Source: Paraspadella gotoi (Eukaryota; Animalia; Chaetognatha). From it: a DNA stretch of 64,000 bases. Shown here piece after piece: positions 42,514 through 63,648 of this stretch; the stretch's first letter is position 1; each line of letters opens with the position of its first letter. The notes beneath the pieces are model-generated. The model had not been told where the DNA came from, did not search any database, and worked only from the letters and a program-made list of their open reading frames with translations. The stretch covers positions 28,169,260 through 28,233,259 of the forward strand of contig CM119263.1 of assembly GCA_051294375.1 (NCBI GenBank), given 5' to 3'. Made by a program: the position numbers and the translations under genes.

Positions 42514-45500
42514 ATGTGTATGCCCCGGGCCACCGGGATTCGTTACCATGGTAACCGAAACGCCCTCACCTTAGACCAGTAAGATAACACTCACCTGCTT
42601 TCCCTTTCTCAAGAGGCGCGCCGCAACGCCGTCATGGCCATCGGCGTCGTCGAAACCATCGAAGACAAAGTCAACGCCGTCAAAACCGGAATCGTCGCCG
42701 CTTTCTTCGAATTCGGCGCCGGAACCGAGGATTTTCAAAGAGTTTGCAAGTGAGTTGAGGATTTGGGGTTGGGGAGTGGGATTGAGGATTTAGTAAAGGG
42801 GGTTTGGGAGTGGGTATGAGGATTTAGTAAAGGGGTTGGGGAGTGGGATTGAGGATTAAGTTAAGGGAATTTTGGGATGAATGACGATTTAGAATAGAAA
42901 GGTATCAGGAAGCGGGATTCGGATTTAGGACGGGATTGGGAAATGGAATTGATGATTCCGGAATGGATTTTAAAGTGGAAATTGATTTTAGGAAAAGCAT
43001 AGGGAAAGCATTTGCAAGTGCGTTGCTAATTTGAAAAGAGATTTGCACTGAGGATTTACAAATTGTTTGGGAGTTAATGATTTACAAAAATATTTTTAAA
43101 AAAGTTCTCGATTTGGAAAAGATTTAATTGTGAGTTGTAAATTCTTAGAAAATTTTCTAGTGAGTTAAAGATTATATAAACTCGCTAGTTATGACAGATC
43201 AAACGCAGTATCTTAAAATCGTTTATCTTTCTCCCGCTGACAGAATCTACCTTGATTCCCTGAACACGGCGTCTGAAGTGACCCAAGCCTGTCAACTTCT
43301 CTTTCGAAAAAACGTTCGGTCCAAGATGCAGAAGTTGGTCCTCAGTCATAAAAAAGCGCAGGACCTTTTGATCGAGGTGGGACTGCGGCCTCAGAGATAA
43401 GATACTATGTCGTTTTCTGCTTGTTCTTAAGTTTTGTAGTTTCTACGGAGTGAGAAAACAAAGCACAGATGTAAAAATTTAGACACTTTTTTCTATTTTC
43501 CGTTTATAGTTTAAACATAGTTACGAACATAGTTGAATATAATGTTAAATATTTTGTAAGAAGTTCAAAATATCGCCCGAGCCTACGATCCGATTTGATT
43601 CTGGTGGCTTGATACTCCTTCGATGATATTATAGATGTTGCCAAATCTCATACATATGTCAGCCATATTCGTTTCAAAACTCTCTCTCTCTCTCTCTCTT
43701 TTTTTTTCCTCCACCACAGGTTGTTCAGATCAACAACAACCTCATGGTGCTGATGGTGCGGTACACGAAGATCGAGCAGAAAAGGCTCTTGATGTCGTGG
43801 CCCGTTTTTCAGTTCGGCGGAACAGAGATGCACCCCATCACTGAAGCATACAAGATTCTCGGTGAGCGAGCGGAGAAATTTATTGCCTGTTGTTTGACCC
43901 GTTTTGATCCCATATGATCCAATTTGGTTTTGACCCCATGTAATCCATTTTGATCCCGTTTCGTTCTATTTTGATTCGGCGACAACTTGTGTTTTTTGTA
44001 TTTATTTTTCCACCATTAGGCATCGAGATGGAGATTTACGCTTTGACTTCTATTGATAAGTACGAATTTTAATAGATACTTTGCTGAAAAACTGAATCGG
44101 GGTTTAATTTTTCACTTTTCACTTTCAGAGGGGCGATTTCTTTATTTATAAAAAGATATATTTATATATATATGTATATTATATATAATATTATATTATA
44201 TATAATATATAATATAAAATAAAATATATATTATTATATATTTACACATATTTCACCATTCTTTTTAATTGTTTGGAAATTTCTAGTTTAGGAATCATCA
44301 ATTCTAAGGAACGAAAATATCATTTGCATATTGTTGTAATGTAAAAGTGCCCTATGATTTAGATTAGTCATTGACCAAATCGGTTAGGCTAAGATTTGTG
44401 CCTTAAATATATATGATCCTTTGCTTTATATAAACATTTTATTGATAATTGGTCGTTTTAATGTTAAAATGTTTACTATTATTTGATTTTTATTTTTTGG
44501 CTACGATAAAATGAAAAATTACGTCTTTCTGGTTTAAGGCCTAAAGCAAACCGAAGCGATTAACTCTGGTTTCTCTTCAGAGCGCACAAATCTTTCGCCT
44601 TTTACTAAAGATTTCCGTGGAGAGGAACACTCAAAGAGTGTTTCTTTATTTATTACAGCCCGAGTCAAACTCGGGAATAAGTAATTGCCATCTAATTAAA
44701 TAATAATGTAGAAATTAACGTATTCAGGTATCTGTTCGCCTCTGGACAAGATAAATCATTGAGGGTCTGGAATCTGGAAACTTTGGAGTTTGTTCAAGAT
44801 TTGAAAGGTCATTCAGGATTCGTCAGATGTTTAGAGGTTGCGCCTGGAGTGGCGCAGGTGAGAGACGGAGACAGAGAGAGAGAGAGAGAGTAAGATAGAA
44901 AGAGAGAAATTGATACTTCCTTAATTGGTGCTGCAGGGGTAGTTTTAATTTCAATTTTTTTTTTCAATTCCAGATGGATTTGCAGGGAAGCGGAGCGATG
45001 GATGTAGCGATTCCTGGTCACGCCCTCTTTTCCGCTGGAACAGACGCCTCCATAAAAGTAGATAAAAGATGTATAAAAATATATAAAATATATAATATAT
45101 ATATAAATGTAGCAAAAGAGGTAAAATTGTCATTTTTTTTCCATATTGTTAACTTAAATTGTCCTTGTCAGGTTTGGCGTCTAAGTTCATCAAAATCTGG
45201 GCTGAAGTGGCGATGCAAAAAAACCCTTTCCGGTCATTCCGCTCCTATCTTGAGCCTCAAGTAATAACTTTTTTTATTACATCATTACTTCATTAGTATT
45301 CGTTTGTTAACTTGAATTTAAAGGTTGACTCGTAGTTTTTAAGAACATTTCCCTTTTATTCGGATTCATTCTACAGTGTGTCCCAATGGTACTGTCTGTT
45401 AAGAATGAATATGCGCACAAGTATGGACCATTTTATAGGATACCTAAATTTTAAAAATTGAACAAAGCAAACTCCTGTATTTATTACATAAAGCAAATGG

Positions 45501-48500
45501 TATAAAAATTTTTTTCAGTGATTTTTAAAAAAAAAAATTTCAATTATGTATTTTTTAATATTTAGCCAATATTTTTTTAATATTGATAATAAAGTTTTAA
45601 ATATTTTCTTTAGATGCAGGACAGTAAGAAAACTATTTTTAGCTCCAGAGCTCATATAATGCAGTAATCATTATTTTTTAAATTATTTACTTACCTTTAA
45701 TAATAATTTATTGAATAAATAACAACCTATTTTGTTCTGGCTTAATGATTCAATCGCTCACAACTTCAAATAAGAAAATTTAAATATTAAATTAATTAGC
45801 ATATTTAATCAATTTTATATTTTTTATTTTGTTTATTTCATTTATTTTTTACAAATTACAATTTAAATAATTTATATCTATTTAAAATATTTTTTTACAG
45901 AATTTTTTTAATAAAATTTATTTAAAGTAAAAAAATTAACTAAAAATTAAAAAAGTAAAAAATGAGGAATCATTTAAATTGAATGTTCTGCAAAGAAAAA
46001 TTGATAAAAATTGAATTTGAAATATAGTATCATAAATAGTAAGAACTTATCTTTGACAATGTTATCTCAGAAATAACATTTAATAACACAGTTCCGTACA
46101 ATATGTAAAAGTTAACCGACAGTACCATTGGGACACACGGAGATGTTTAAAAGATTTACTTTTTTGCGATTGAATATAAATCTATATCGTCAAAAACAGT
46201 TTACAAAGGTCTTTGTGGCCGAAGGGACGTCCTTGGCCTCCAAAACCTAAGTCCCGCCACAAATCAGATACGCAGGACGGAAAAGTTTAAAATTTAAATC
46301 CCGCGTGGAGCCTGGTTCTAGAGCCTAATTTTTTTTATCTGCTGTGATCTTATTTGGTCCCATCTCTTAAATTCACTAATGTGCTAAGTAGACTGACGAT
46401 GACTAGCTACTATTGAACGGGTCCTTGGCTCGGAACCCGGCTTGGGGGGGGTCTCCACGCTTCTAAGGCGGTTTATGGCCTTCCCTTCCCTTCTCGAAGG
46501 GCAGGCTCCGGGTTGAGATTGAATCCGGAACCTCGTCGTCGTTAGTCGATGGCTTTTACTATCAGAGCTACCCTGTCACAAACGAGGGAATGATATTTAA
46601 ATGTCCGCAAAAGAAATGTTTTCTTGTCTCAGATTGGCCAAACATCTTCTCTTTTCGACGTCCGCGGATATGACTATCGCCGTCTGGTCTCTCGATCGCT
46701 TGGATCGACAGTGGGCATCCAAAAAGGTTTGGTTCAGAGTTACAAGTTTAATTGGGTCATGGCAAGTTAAATCCACGGCCTCGGGCTCAAATAAAGTGAC
46801 AAAAGTCTAGTTTTGCTTTTATATTTCTATCCAAACAAAGTTATAAAATTACCAGCACCAAAAAAAGAAAATTAATCTGTTCCATGTTGACATTTTGACT
46901 GGAATAATGAAATATTTCAGAAGATGTAACTATGCTTAGTAAGCTTACTAAACATCAGCCAATAAATTATCACGAAAATGGCGAAACACTTGAGACATTG
47001 AAGTTTATCCAAGTTTTCTTGAGCATTTGACGACAGTTAGTTGACAAAAATGTTCAATGTTGCTGCTAAGTCTGCTGTAGTTGTTGGAATTGACTCAATA
47101 TACCGACCGAGACGGACCGACCGACCGAGCTTACTCTTCGTCGACTCGATTGTCGGCCACGTCCTTGACGGTGACGACGCAGATGGCGACGAAGATCAAT
47201 CCGGCGCCGATAAATCCCGGCGCGTCCGGCGTTTGACCCAAGAACCAAAAGGCCAAAGCGTAGGAGATTGGAATCTCTAGCGACATGAAGACGGCGACGA
47301 TGTCTCCCTCGACCCAGCGCAGCGCGAAGACGGTGCTAAGCCGGCCCAGGAGATCGAAGGTGCCGAGCAGGACCGCGCCCAGCACCGGCAACGCGTTCAC
47401 CGGTCTGGCGAAAAATACCCCGAGGCTGGCGGGCTTGAGGAACGCCAGAGTGACCGCCGAAGCCGACATCATGGCGGCGTAGTTGACGTGAAGGACGCTG
47501 AAATGAACGCCTGTCTTTTGGAGGCGGTCGTAGAGGAGCATCCAGACGACGTGAGCGAGAGAGTCCAGGAATGCCAGGAAGTAGTATAGGGAAACGTCGG
47601 GGAAGTCGCCGCCGCCGCCGCCGCCGTCGCCGTCGCCGAAAATAAATTGAGGCTTCGTCATCAGAACCACGCCGACGACTACCAGAGTCACGGCGCCGAC
47701 GAGCACCTTCGACGGCAGCTTCCGCCGAGCCAGAGCCGCACCAACCGACATCCACACGACGCAAAGATCGATGATCGTCACTGCATCTCCCGCCGGCAGG
47801 CGTCGTAGGCAAAGAAAAGATAGGTAGCGCCCCGCGATCTCGAAAGCCGGCGCCACGACGACACCGAGTCTGACGAGCGCCGAGGCATCCGCGCCACCTA
47901 GCGGTGAAGACCGAAAGTACGCGATTAGCGGCGCGGTGACGACGACGGAGGCCACGCCCAAGACGACGGTGACGACGACGACGTCTAAGGGACCAAGACT
48001 GTCCAGGAAGGGAATGAGGAAAAAGAAGTAGCTCCATGATATTGAAGGCAGAATGAGAATGGGTAGGGCGAGAACGATCGGAGAATACATTGTTTATTTT
48101 ATTTTATTTATTTTTTCTGGGGGGGGGGTGGTAGATTTTCAAATTGTTTTTTGATGAATTTTTTTGTTTTTTTGTTTTTCTGTTGGTATTTTATTTTTTT
48201 ATTTGTCTTTTGCTTTTTATTTGTTTTTATAATTTTCTTGTTTCTTGTTTTTATTTGTATTTTGATTTTGATTTTTTTTCCTCCTTATCACTCACTCACT
48301 CATTCATGCATTTGTTTGTTTTATTGACGATGAATGACTCATCGCGTCAATGAATGACTATCATCGCATCAATCATTCGTTTTTTTTCTCCGGATTTTTT
48401 CATTAATTTTCTTTGATAGTTTCTCCGGACGATTCCTTTCGTTTCGAAACGAATGGGAAAAGACAAAAAAAAGTTAGACACTAAGAAATTTATTTTATTC

Positions 48501-50346
48501 CATAATTCAGAATGGAATCGGATTGTCCAAGCTTTTAAAGTTTAAAGTTTGAATGCTTGATGAGTGTTTTTGGAATTTAGGCGGATTTATAAAGAAAATT
48601 TTTTTGGGGGGGAGTAAGAAAGTGTAAATAGTAAAAGTAAATAGTCGACTTACTCGTAAATTGTGAATAGTCTCGTTGGTATTTGGTTTTTTTAGTTGTT
48701 CTGTTTTGAAGAAAAAAAAATCCCGATAAACAAATTGCGCGATTTTTTTTTTAACTCAGTGAAATTGAACTACGTACGTATGTGATTGGTGAGATGTGAT
48801 TGGTGACGTGACTTTGATGACATGTGATAAGTTTTGGTGGCCGTGACCAAATTCTCGGCCTCATTACAAATCGTTAAAAATTACGAAAAAAAATATCTAA
48901 ATAAATAAAGTAGTTACCCACAGTAATTGTATGTATTGTTTATTTTATATTAGAAATATTTTGATAATAATTTTTGATTATTCGTCGAGATCGTCGATTG
49001 GGGGATAAAAGTATCGTCGTCGTTGTCGTCGTCGTTGTCGTCGTCGTTGTCGTCGTCGACGGCGACGATAGAAAGGCGCGGCTCGGAAAAAAAATGTCGT
49101 TTTACTATCGATTTCCTGGCGAGTTAATATAAATTTGATATTTAAAGTCTAATTGAAAAAACAATTTAAGATCAGTCGTCACCTATTTTCTTTCTCCTTC
49201 AGATCGATTTCGTTCCATTTTCTGTGATCGTGACTGAGATCATCTACGAAGAGGAGCACGAGGAACTGCTTGGCGCCGACGACGAGGTCAGCTCGTAATT
49301 GCTTGTTCTGCTTGCCTGAACGCCTTTTTTTTTCTTTTGGAAGTTTGCTTATTTTTTTTTTATTTCTTAGTTTGATTTTTTTTATTTCTGTTTCTTTTTT
49401 TTTTCTAAATTTTTTTCCCTTCTTTTCTTTTTGTCTTTCTTTCCTTTTTTCTTCCTTTCTCGGTGTAGTTAATTTTTATTTTTAAACCTTTAATACATCC
49501 GTTTTATTAACTAGATATTTGCTTAAAATTAAATTAATATCATCTATTTTTCGAATTTCAGAGCGACGATGAGATGACGGAAGCCGACGTCGCCGTCGCC
49601 GCCCAAAGTTTAGCTCCAATTCAGGTTTTCCATTTCGTAAAATTAATTCATAATTTTTTCGCTAAAATTTATCATTTTAATTTTTATTGTGGTGAATTTT
49701 AGGAGAGAGAATCGGAAACGACTCCGCTGACGAAACCGAAGAAAAAATCGAAATGGACGAAACAAGGAAAGAAGGAAAAGAGTCGAAAAATGGTGATTGA
49801 TTGATTGATTGATTGATTGCTTGATTTATTGATTGAATGATTGCTTAAATGATTGCGTTGATTATCAAATTGTTTTTATAAAGATTTATTTTTTCTAAAT
49901 TTAATTATTTATTTTTTATTTATTTATATATTTAATTATATATATATATATATTTATTTATTTATTTATTATTTATACAGATTGGCGTAAGGTCTGTGTG
50001 AAGATTAATTATTTTATTGACTGTTTTTTTTAATTATTGATTGGTTGATCAATGATCATTTGTTTGCATTAATTCAGTTTTGTTTACTTTTCCATCGCCA
50101 TCTCACAGGGCGATCGATCGGGTCGCAAAGAGACCTTAATCAAGACCTTCCGCAAGAGGGAGACCTCCTTCGCCTTCTCCAGCGGGTCGTCGTCGCCGGA
50201 ATCGACCGTCGTCCACTTTTTCGTCGCCGGCGAAGAGAAGTTTGGCTTCATGACTTTGTCGGGCAAAGAGTTGGCCGACGCGGGCACGTGGGACTTTAGA
50301 ACCATTGTGCCAATAAATAATTGGAAATCCCAAGGTTTTTTCAGAA

Positions 50347-50419
<73 letters not shown>

Positions 50420-51381
50420 CTCTCCCCCCGCCAACAGGCGACCCCAACCTCAATTTCATTCCTTTCCTGGTTGTCTCTCCTTACCTTTTCGTTCCTTGTC
50501 AATCCCGCGTGATTCTCTACGATGCTGACCGGCTGCTGCCGGGTGCGCCGCCGCGGCCGAGAGATCAGTTCAAGGGTCACAAGGATCAGATATACGCCGT
50601 CGCCGCTTACAAGTGAGAGATAGACGAAGACAATAGGACAATGATTATTAGTAAATTAGAATATGACAATGACTTATTTTACAATTTTTGTATGTTTGTT
50701 TTTAAATATATTAAAGATCGAATCTAAAGTTGTTTTCAGAAAGTTAACAGAATAAATTACCCTATTTTCAAAAATTCCAAAAAAATTTTAAGCAATTAGA
50801 CCTGCTTAACAATATAATTAATAATTAAGATTTACATTTTTTTTTTCGTCAAATTTTTAAATACAGATTTTAATTCTGCTGTAAATGTAAAAACCGAAAA
50901 ATAAATTTGTATTCGCTATTTATTGATTTTTATTCAAAACTTCACATAACCCCATTGGACATTCTGTCTCTTTAATCCTTCCTACTTCTCAACTCTTCCT
51001 TCAAGGAACTGGGTCTTTACCGGTAGCAAGGACGGCGAAGTAAAGGCCTGGAGCCTCAGCAGCCTCGCCTGCACCCACACCTTCAAGATGAAGTTCGGCA
51101 GCGTCTTCACCCTCACCTGCTGCGTCGACGGACGCGGCGGCGACGGCGACGACGAAATCATCCGCTGCGTCGTCGCCGGCTGCACCAACTGCAGCCTCGT
51201 CCGCATCCCCTTCAATCAGCGAGCCACGCCCAAAGGCTTTGATTGGTCCAGATTGTGTCGCTGCTGCGCCGGAGGCTGCTGCGGCGGAGACCACGAAGAA
51301 CCAGAGTATTTTCCGACGGACAACTTGGTTCCTAAAGTCATAGACTTCGGAACGTTCGCCGATGTGAGGAAACCTCACTGA
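42514..51381 (+). CDS. WD40-repeat protein with GAT-like N-terminal helical region
   Basis: Exons approx. 42514-42550, 42614-42749, 43244-43376, 43720-43861, 44020-44059, 44581-44680, 44728-44857, 44974-45057, 45172-45260, 46633-46726, 49203-49285, 49563-49624, 49703-49791, 50109-50334, 50438-50612, 51006-51381. WD motifs: LFASGQDKSLRVWNL..LKGHSGFVRCL, LFSAGTDASIK|VW..LSGHSAPILSL, LFSTSADMTIAVWSL, FKGHKDQIYAV..VFTGSKDGEVKAWSL. The 5' exons carry some indel noise and the true start may lie upstream. Confidence 0.85.
42754..42870. repeat. ~33-bp G-rich intronic minisatellite
   Basis: gggattgaggatttagtaaaggggttggggagt x3-4; also at 37522-37660 in the duplicate. Confidence 0.85.
45374..46140. 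mobile_element. Tc1/mariner-like MITE (~770 bp) in a WD40 intron
   Basis: Inverted termini cagtgtgtcccaatggtactgtc...gacagtaccattgggacacacgg. The left end is preceded by TA; the right TSD is not clean. AT-rich non-coding interior. Confidence 0.7.
46410..46572 (-). mobile_element. tRNA-derived SINE
   Basis: Minus strand ggtagctctgatagtaaaagcc...gaggttccggattcaatctcaacccggagcctgcccttcgagaag aligns with the 21692 copy. Confidence 0.6.
47131..48090 (-). CDS. SLC35G-like EamA/DMT-family membrane transporter, intronless, nested antisense in a WD40 intron
   Basis: Uninterrupted 319-aa ORF with about 10 hydrophobic segments. Motifs LRRLPAGDAVTI..GVVLMTKPQFIFG and ALRWVEGDIVAVFMSLEIPISYALAFWFLGQTP..GAGLIF resemble SLC35G1 (SLADATVI..GVILIVRPPFLFG; ALQIEKAGPVA). 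Confidence 0.85.
   Translation of the reverse strand: MYSPIVLALPILILPSISWSYFFFLIPFLDSLGPLDVVVVTVVLGVASVVVTAPLIAYFRSSPLGGADASALVRLGVVVAPAFEIAGRYLSFLCLRRLPAGDAVTIIDLCVVWMSVGAALARRKLPSKVLVGAVTLVVVGVVLMTKPQFIFGDGDGGGGGGDFPDVSLYYFLAFLDSLAHVVWMLLYDRLQKTGVHFSVLHVNYAAMMSASAVTLAFLKPASLGVFFARPVNALPVLGAVLLGTFDLLGRLSTVFALRWVEGDIVAVFMSLEIPISYALAFWFLGQTPDAPGFIGAGLIFVAICVVTVKDVADNRVDEE
50348..50418. repeat. (ATCT)n intronic microsatellite
   Basis: Seen directly. Confidence 0.95.
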
Positions 51382-51398
51382 TTGATTCGAGACCGCTT

Positions 51399-51490
<92 letters not shown>

Positions 51491-51653
51491 AAAGATATTG
51501 GGCACAAAAAAACACCGCGTACTAGACACGAGTGATCAATCTGATTTATTATTACTTTTTTAGCTGAAATAGAAATCAATTTCTCTAAAAAAAAATCATC
51601 GATACTCATTTATTAACTGTTAAGACAAGACTGTTAAGATTACACCTCTTGGA

Positions 51654-58448
<6,795 letters not shown>

Positions 58449-60807
58449 CTTGTAATTGGTTCCTATTCGAAGCTTTACTGTTTTCGCATTAGATTTTCAT
58501 TAAAGTTTAACTTATTTTGACTTGTTTGGACTGGTTTGGACTTTTATAAGCTCGTCGATGTCTAAAGATTGTTTTTCGGTTAGACTAAACTCAACTCTAT
58601 ATAGGAGCGTTCTTTGTTTATGATAAAAATGATAATCGCTTAATTTTTGTAAAGATTAATTATTATTATTATTATTAATTATTCGTCTTCCCTATCCGCT
58701 CTTGCTTTCCTTCTTCAGTTTTACTTATTTTTTACTCTAAAGATCACTAGTAAAAAATCAGTTTTAAAACAAAATAGATTTTTAAAAGTTTTACAACTGC
58801 AAAGTGCGTTAACTATTTAAAATTCAAGGATAATGTCCCCCAGGCTTAGTAGCTAAAAAAATTGGATATCGAATCATGTCGTGTAATTTATTATACTTTC
58901 GGACTAATTTTAAAATATTTTGAAAGGCTAGATATAAATGAATAGAAAAAATGTAGACGAAAATTGTCATGTTGTCGCCAACTTCCCTATTATTGTAGCT
59001 TCTCTCGCCATTTTCGTCGTTCTTATCGTCTTCTTTATCGTCGTCGTCGTCGTTTACATCAAGCGGCTTGTCACAACAAACCGGCGGCTGTCTCGCTCAT
59101 GAAAGTACAATTAACTTTTGTAGGGAATTAATTTAGCCCCTCAAGCATAATAAATAAATAAAAATGATTTGGTTGTTGTCGTTTTTTTAGACTTTTCTTT
59201 CTTTTTTTACCAAATTTAAAGTTTTTTGTTTTGTTATGAAGAAGTGGTTGTGCTTAGGAAATATCCGAATAATCAAATAGTTGGTTTATAAAAACTTTAA
59301 AAGAGGACTAACATTGCATTGAATTTTTCATTCGTTACTATTTGTCAATATTTTTCTTTCATTTTATATGTACATCTAGGTTTGCCTTCTTTTTTATCCA
59401 AGTCGTGATATTGTTTTATAATTTTATTTTCAAATGCGTGACTCATTTTTTTCATTTTTTTCCGTCTTAAGTTGAGAGTAAAACATTTTCTGCTGTGACA
59501 CTTCCGGCGATTCTTTGCTTATAGAAATAATTGTTTGTTTGTTCGTTCGTTTTTTTTGGTTTGTTTGTATATTTTTTACATTTTATGCCACAGAGAAGGT
59601 AATCGTCTTTTGAGTTTCAGCCCGAAGACATTTAATTTTATACCGAATATCCTTAAAAAGAAGTTGTCAAGTTTAAATGACTTCTCAGTGTTTCAAATGT
59701 TTGCATCGAGACACGAGAATAAAAACAAAATCTATTCCCACGTTTAACTTTAACTGAGTTTCGCGAGAAACTTTGGCCGCTTTATTTCCGCCCATCCTTG
59801 TCATCAAAAAGTTCAACGATGCGACGACTTGTTTTTTTTTATATATTAAATATAAATGCGAGATAACGAAAATGTACTTAGTAACTTAGCAACGAATACA
59901 ATAGACTGAGGTGAACAGTAAATACCGCCAAACAAATTTAAATACGACGCGAATAGGTACGGGAAAATTTTTCTAAATTAACAAATTGATCGACCGACCG
60001 ATCGAGCAAAAAAGAATTCAATCAAGAGGCGATCTAGCAGCTTATAAATCGAGCCACGCCCCAAACAAATTTCGATTCCATCCAGAAAATTTTTCATGCG
60101 CGACGATTATTTTCGTCGACGCGAGACGAGAATTCCGACGAAATGGATTCGTCAACAACAACAGTGAAATTTTGGGAAAACAAGGTCGTTTTTTGTTTTT
60201 TTTTTAGGTGATTAACGGTTTTGTTATAAGATTTTTATTTTATTTCTGTCCGTCTTTACGTACATCTCTTTTCGTCGGTTTTTTCCTTGATAACTTTATA
60301 AAGCACTTTTCAGATTATAGGGTAAGGCAAGTTTAAGATTTGTTTTTAAGTGGTAAGACAAATAACCGCTCCTTACTAGCAGTACATCCGGTCGGAATCG
60401 GGTGAGTGGAAATAGTGAATTTGTTGCTGTCCAATTTTTTCATTTTCTAAAGTCAACCTTATTTCTATGCTGGATTTTTCGATCATTTTCGTTTTCATTC
60501 TGCTCCTCTTCTCCCAAAATATATCCATTACAACAACAATAGAACTTACCAAGTAAAAGTAACTTATCTTCACTCTGCAGCCGGAGTCACTCACGCACGT
60601 GTCACATTCTGCATCAGGCCACGCCTATGCGCGACGCTGTACATCGCACGCACATCGTTGGCGTTCGTCTCGTATTAACGACAAGGGGAAAATTGAAAAG
60701 TGGATTTGGGTCGCGAGGTCTACGTCGCCTCGACCCCCCCCCCACCCGATCCCGTCTCGTCCTTGGGGCGAAAAGCCGCTTAACGGAATTAAAGGGAAGA
60801 CGGGATG

Positions 60808-60907
<100 letters not shown>

Positions 60908-62110
60908 AGAGAAAAGAGAGAGGAGCAATTCGCACGTTTGTAATTTAGTTTTTACAGTTTGTTTGTTCTGTCTCTATGAAATTGGTAAAAACATTATTCT
61001 TTAACTGAATAAACAATAAACAATAAACAATCTATCTTGCCCGTGACTTAAAATGAGCTATTTGATTCTTCTCTCGCACACGAAATCTCGTCGTCGCCAT
61101 TCGTCATTTCTCATTCAACACCCGGTATCTTAATCTCCAATTTGGTACTTTCTTTCCATTCTCCATGTATGTGTTATATATATTATACGATACTCACCTA
61201 GTTTTGTAATTTAAGCTTTAGTTTATTCGACTCGATTGAAGACAAAGGAAAGAAAAGATGCAAATTGACTAAACTTGATTTGATTTAAATTTGCCACAAG
61301 GAGTTTTCTCTTTAAAAAAAGTAAACGCTTTACCCTCCAGCGCGTAAAAACTAAGTAACCCAGTAAACAAAAGTAACAAAGCTATATACGTCAAAACAGA
61401 GCTTGAAAACTCTATTAGTTCTAAGAAAAATAAAAGAAATATAAAAGACATCTTACTATTTTCGTCTTCTACAACACTAGCTTTTCACTCCAAGCGTGTC
61501 CAGGTCGGCCTTTTTTTCCCCAGAACGGCCCATTTTATTTTAAATTTGGAATTAAGTTAATTTTTCTTAAATTAAAGATTTGTTTATGATTTATGTGGTC
61601 AAGTGATTAGGATTCGGGACTAGGTTTTAATGTTTTAATGGGAAGTCGTTAGGACTGTGGAAGTAACGCAACACTTGGGATGATGCGTTCCCCCTATGAG
61701 CCAATGGTGGACGTGAGGCGATGTGAATATTAAGGCGTAGTAAAATTTCTAAATTTAACTTTGTGGATTCGAACCGGACTTCTGAACCAACGCCGGACGC
61801 TGTCTTGGTTCTCCCGGTTCGATGTGGTCAACACCAAAAACGACGACATCGCCGACGCCCAACAGGAAACGGCAATGAAGCAATACGACGAAGACGTTGA
61901 TGCCAGAAACTATGACGACATCGGAGAAGACGAAAGTCTAAAAATACGACGCCTCCACATTTACTGCGATGAGGACAAAGATGGATGGCAACGACGACGA
62001 TCCGACCACTTTACAAAAATTATCAGAGTCGCTCAGTTAATAGAATGCGAGCTTTTTTGTCACAAAACGAAGAGAGAGAGAAAAAGAAGCTTGTAATGTT
62101 TGTTTGTTGA

Positions 62111-62178
<68 letters not shown>

Positions 62179-62886
62179 AGAGAGAGAGAGAGAGAGAAGA
62201 GAAGAGGAGGAAACAAAGTCTATTGTTTTTTTTCGTTTTATTCTTCAGAACGGGTTACAAATTACAAAATAAATATTTTATGACTGCTTGAGCTGTTTTC
62301 ATAGCGGCTCAAATATTGAAAAACAATATGATGTATAATTTTATTGTATTCACGAGATTATTGGTAGCTCAACGAATAAATTCAGAAAAAAACAATTAAA
62401 TTGAAAACATTATTGAAAAGTGCCGAATTGACAAAAATCGGAAAAATTGAGAGAGTGAAACAAAGACGCGCACTGTATTTGCGAAATAAAGTTAAAATAT
62501 AATTCAATAAATAAACAAAATTTAAATAAATAATAAAATAAATAAATAAATTAAAAAACTACATTAATTAATTAATTAATTATTTAATTAAATTTAAATT
62601 AAATAGACAATGGCAGTTATAAATAAATTGTATTGAAAGAAAAGGACGAATTCCTTGACGTACTACTTACCCCGCGAGTCGATGTGCGAATCGACGAAGA
62701 AGTTGCGCTCAAATTAGAAAAACGCGAGACTTTCTACGTATTCTTTCTCTTCTCTTTCTTTTTCTTCTTATCTTTTCGTCTCTCTTTCGTCCGTTTTTCG
62801 CTTCGCGTTTCGCAACGAAAGACTTAGGATCGAAGATGAGACGAAAGAAAAGAAAGACGCGATACTCGCGTTACGACGTTCGCGAT

Positions 62887-62917
<31 letters not shown>

Positions 62918-63141
62918 TCTCACTCCGGCGCGGAGGCCGGGCACAGCGCCGGCCGCGCTGCAATTCAGACTTTGCAATAATTACACCTGGTAACTTTTTT
63001 TTTTGTTGTTTATTTTCTGTTCCATCTTGCATTTGAGTTCTTAGAAGTACACACTACAAAAGAATTTGTAAAATAGCTATGCGAACAAATTAAAAAAGAA
63101 AAGCTGACCGAATATTATCAACCAAAGAATTTACAAATTTT

Positions 63142-63223
63142 AAATTTCAAATTTCAAATTTCAAATTTCAAATTTCAAATTTCAAATTTCAAATTTCAAA
63201 TTTCAAATTTCAAATTTCAAATT
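63142..63223. repeat. (AAATTTC)n heptamer repeat
   Basis: About 11 perfect units. Confidence 0.95.
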
Positions 63224-63550
63224 TTTATATCGAATCATTTATTCTTGAAACTTTCGTTCCTTTCACATTAAATCTTAGTTTGAAACCAAGTCAGTTTAAT
63301 GCAGGCAAAACTACCATTATAATATCGTAACCAAGCATTCCTCTCATGTTTTTTTCCACTCACACTTCGGCAAGCTGATATTCGCAGTCGACCAAGCAGT
63401 TTCCCACCGGCGCCAGAATTCGACCTCGGCCGAAGGTTTTTTTTTTCCATGGACGCGCGAGATAAGCGTGAGACTCCAAACGATTATAAATTCTCTCATG
63501 CTTTTCGATGCTTCTCTTCTCTCTCTCTTCTCTCTCTCTCTCTCTCTCTT

Positions 63551-63598
<48 letters not shown>

Positions 63599-63608
63599 TC
63601 TCTCCTCT

Positions 63609-63648
<40 letters not shown>

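Noticed and set aside
61760-61830. tRNA gene on the minus strand (ggttcgaatcc B-box)
   Set aside because: The T-stem does not pair and no cloverleaf can be drawn.
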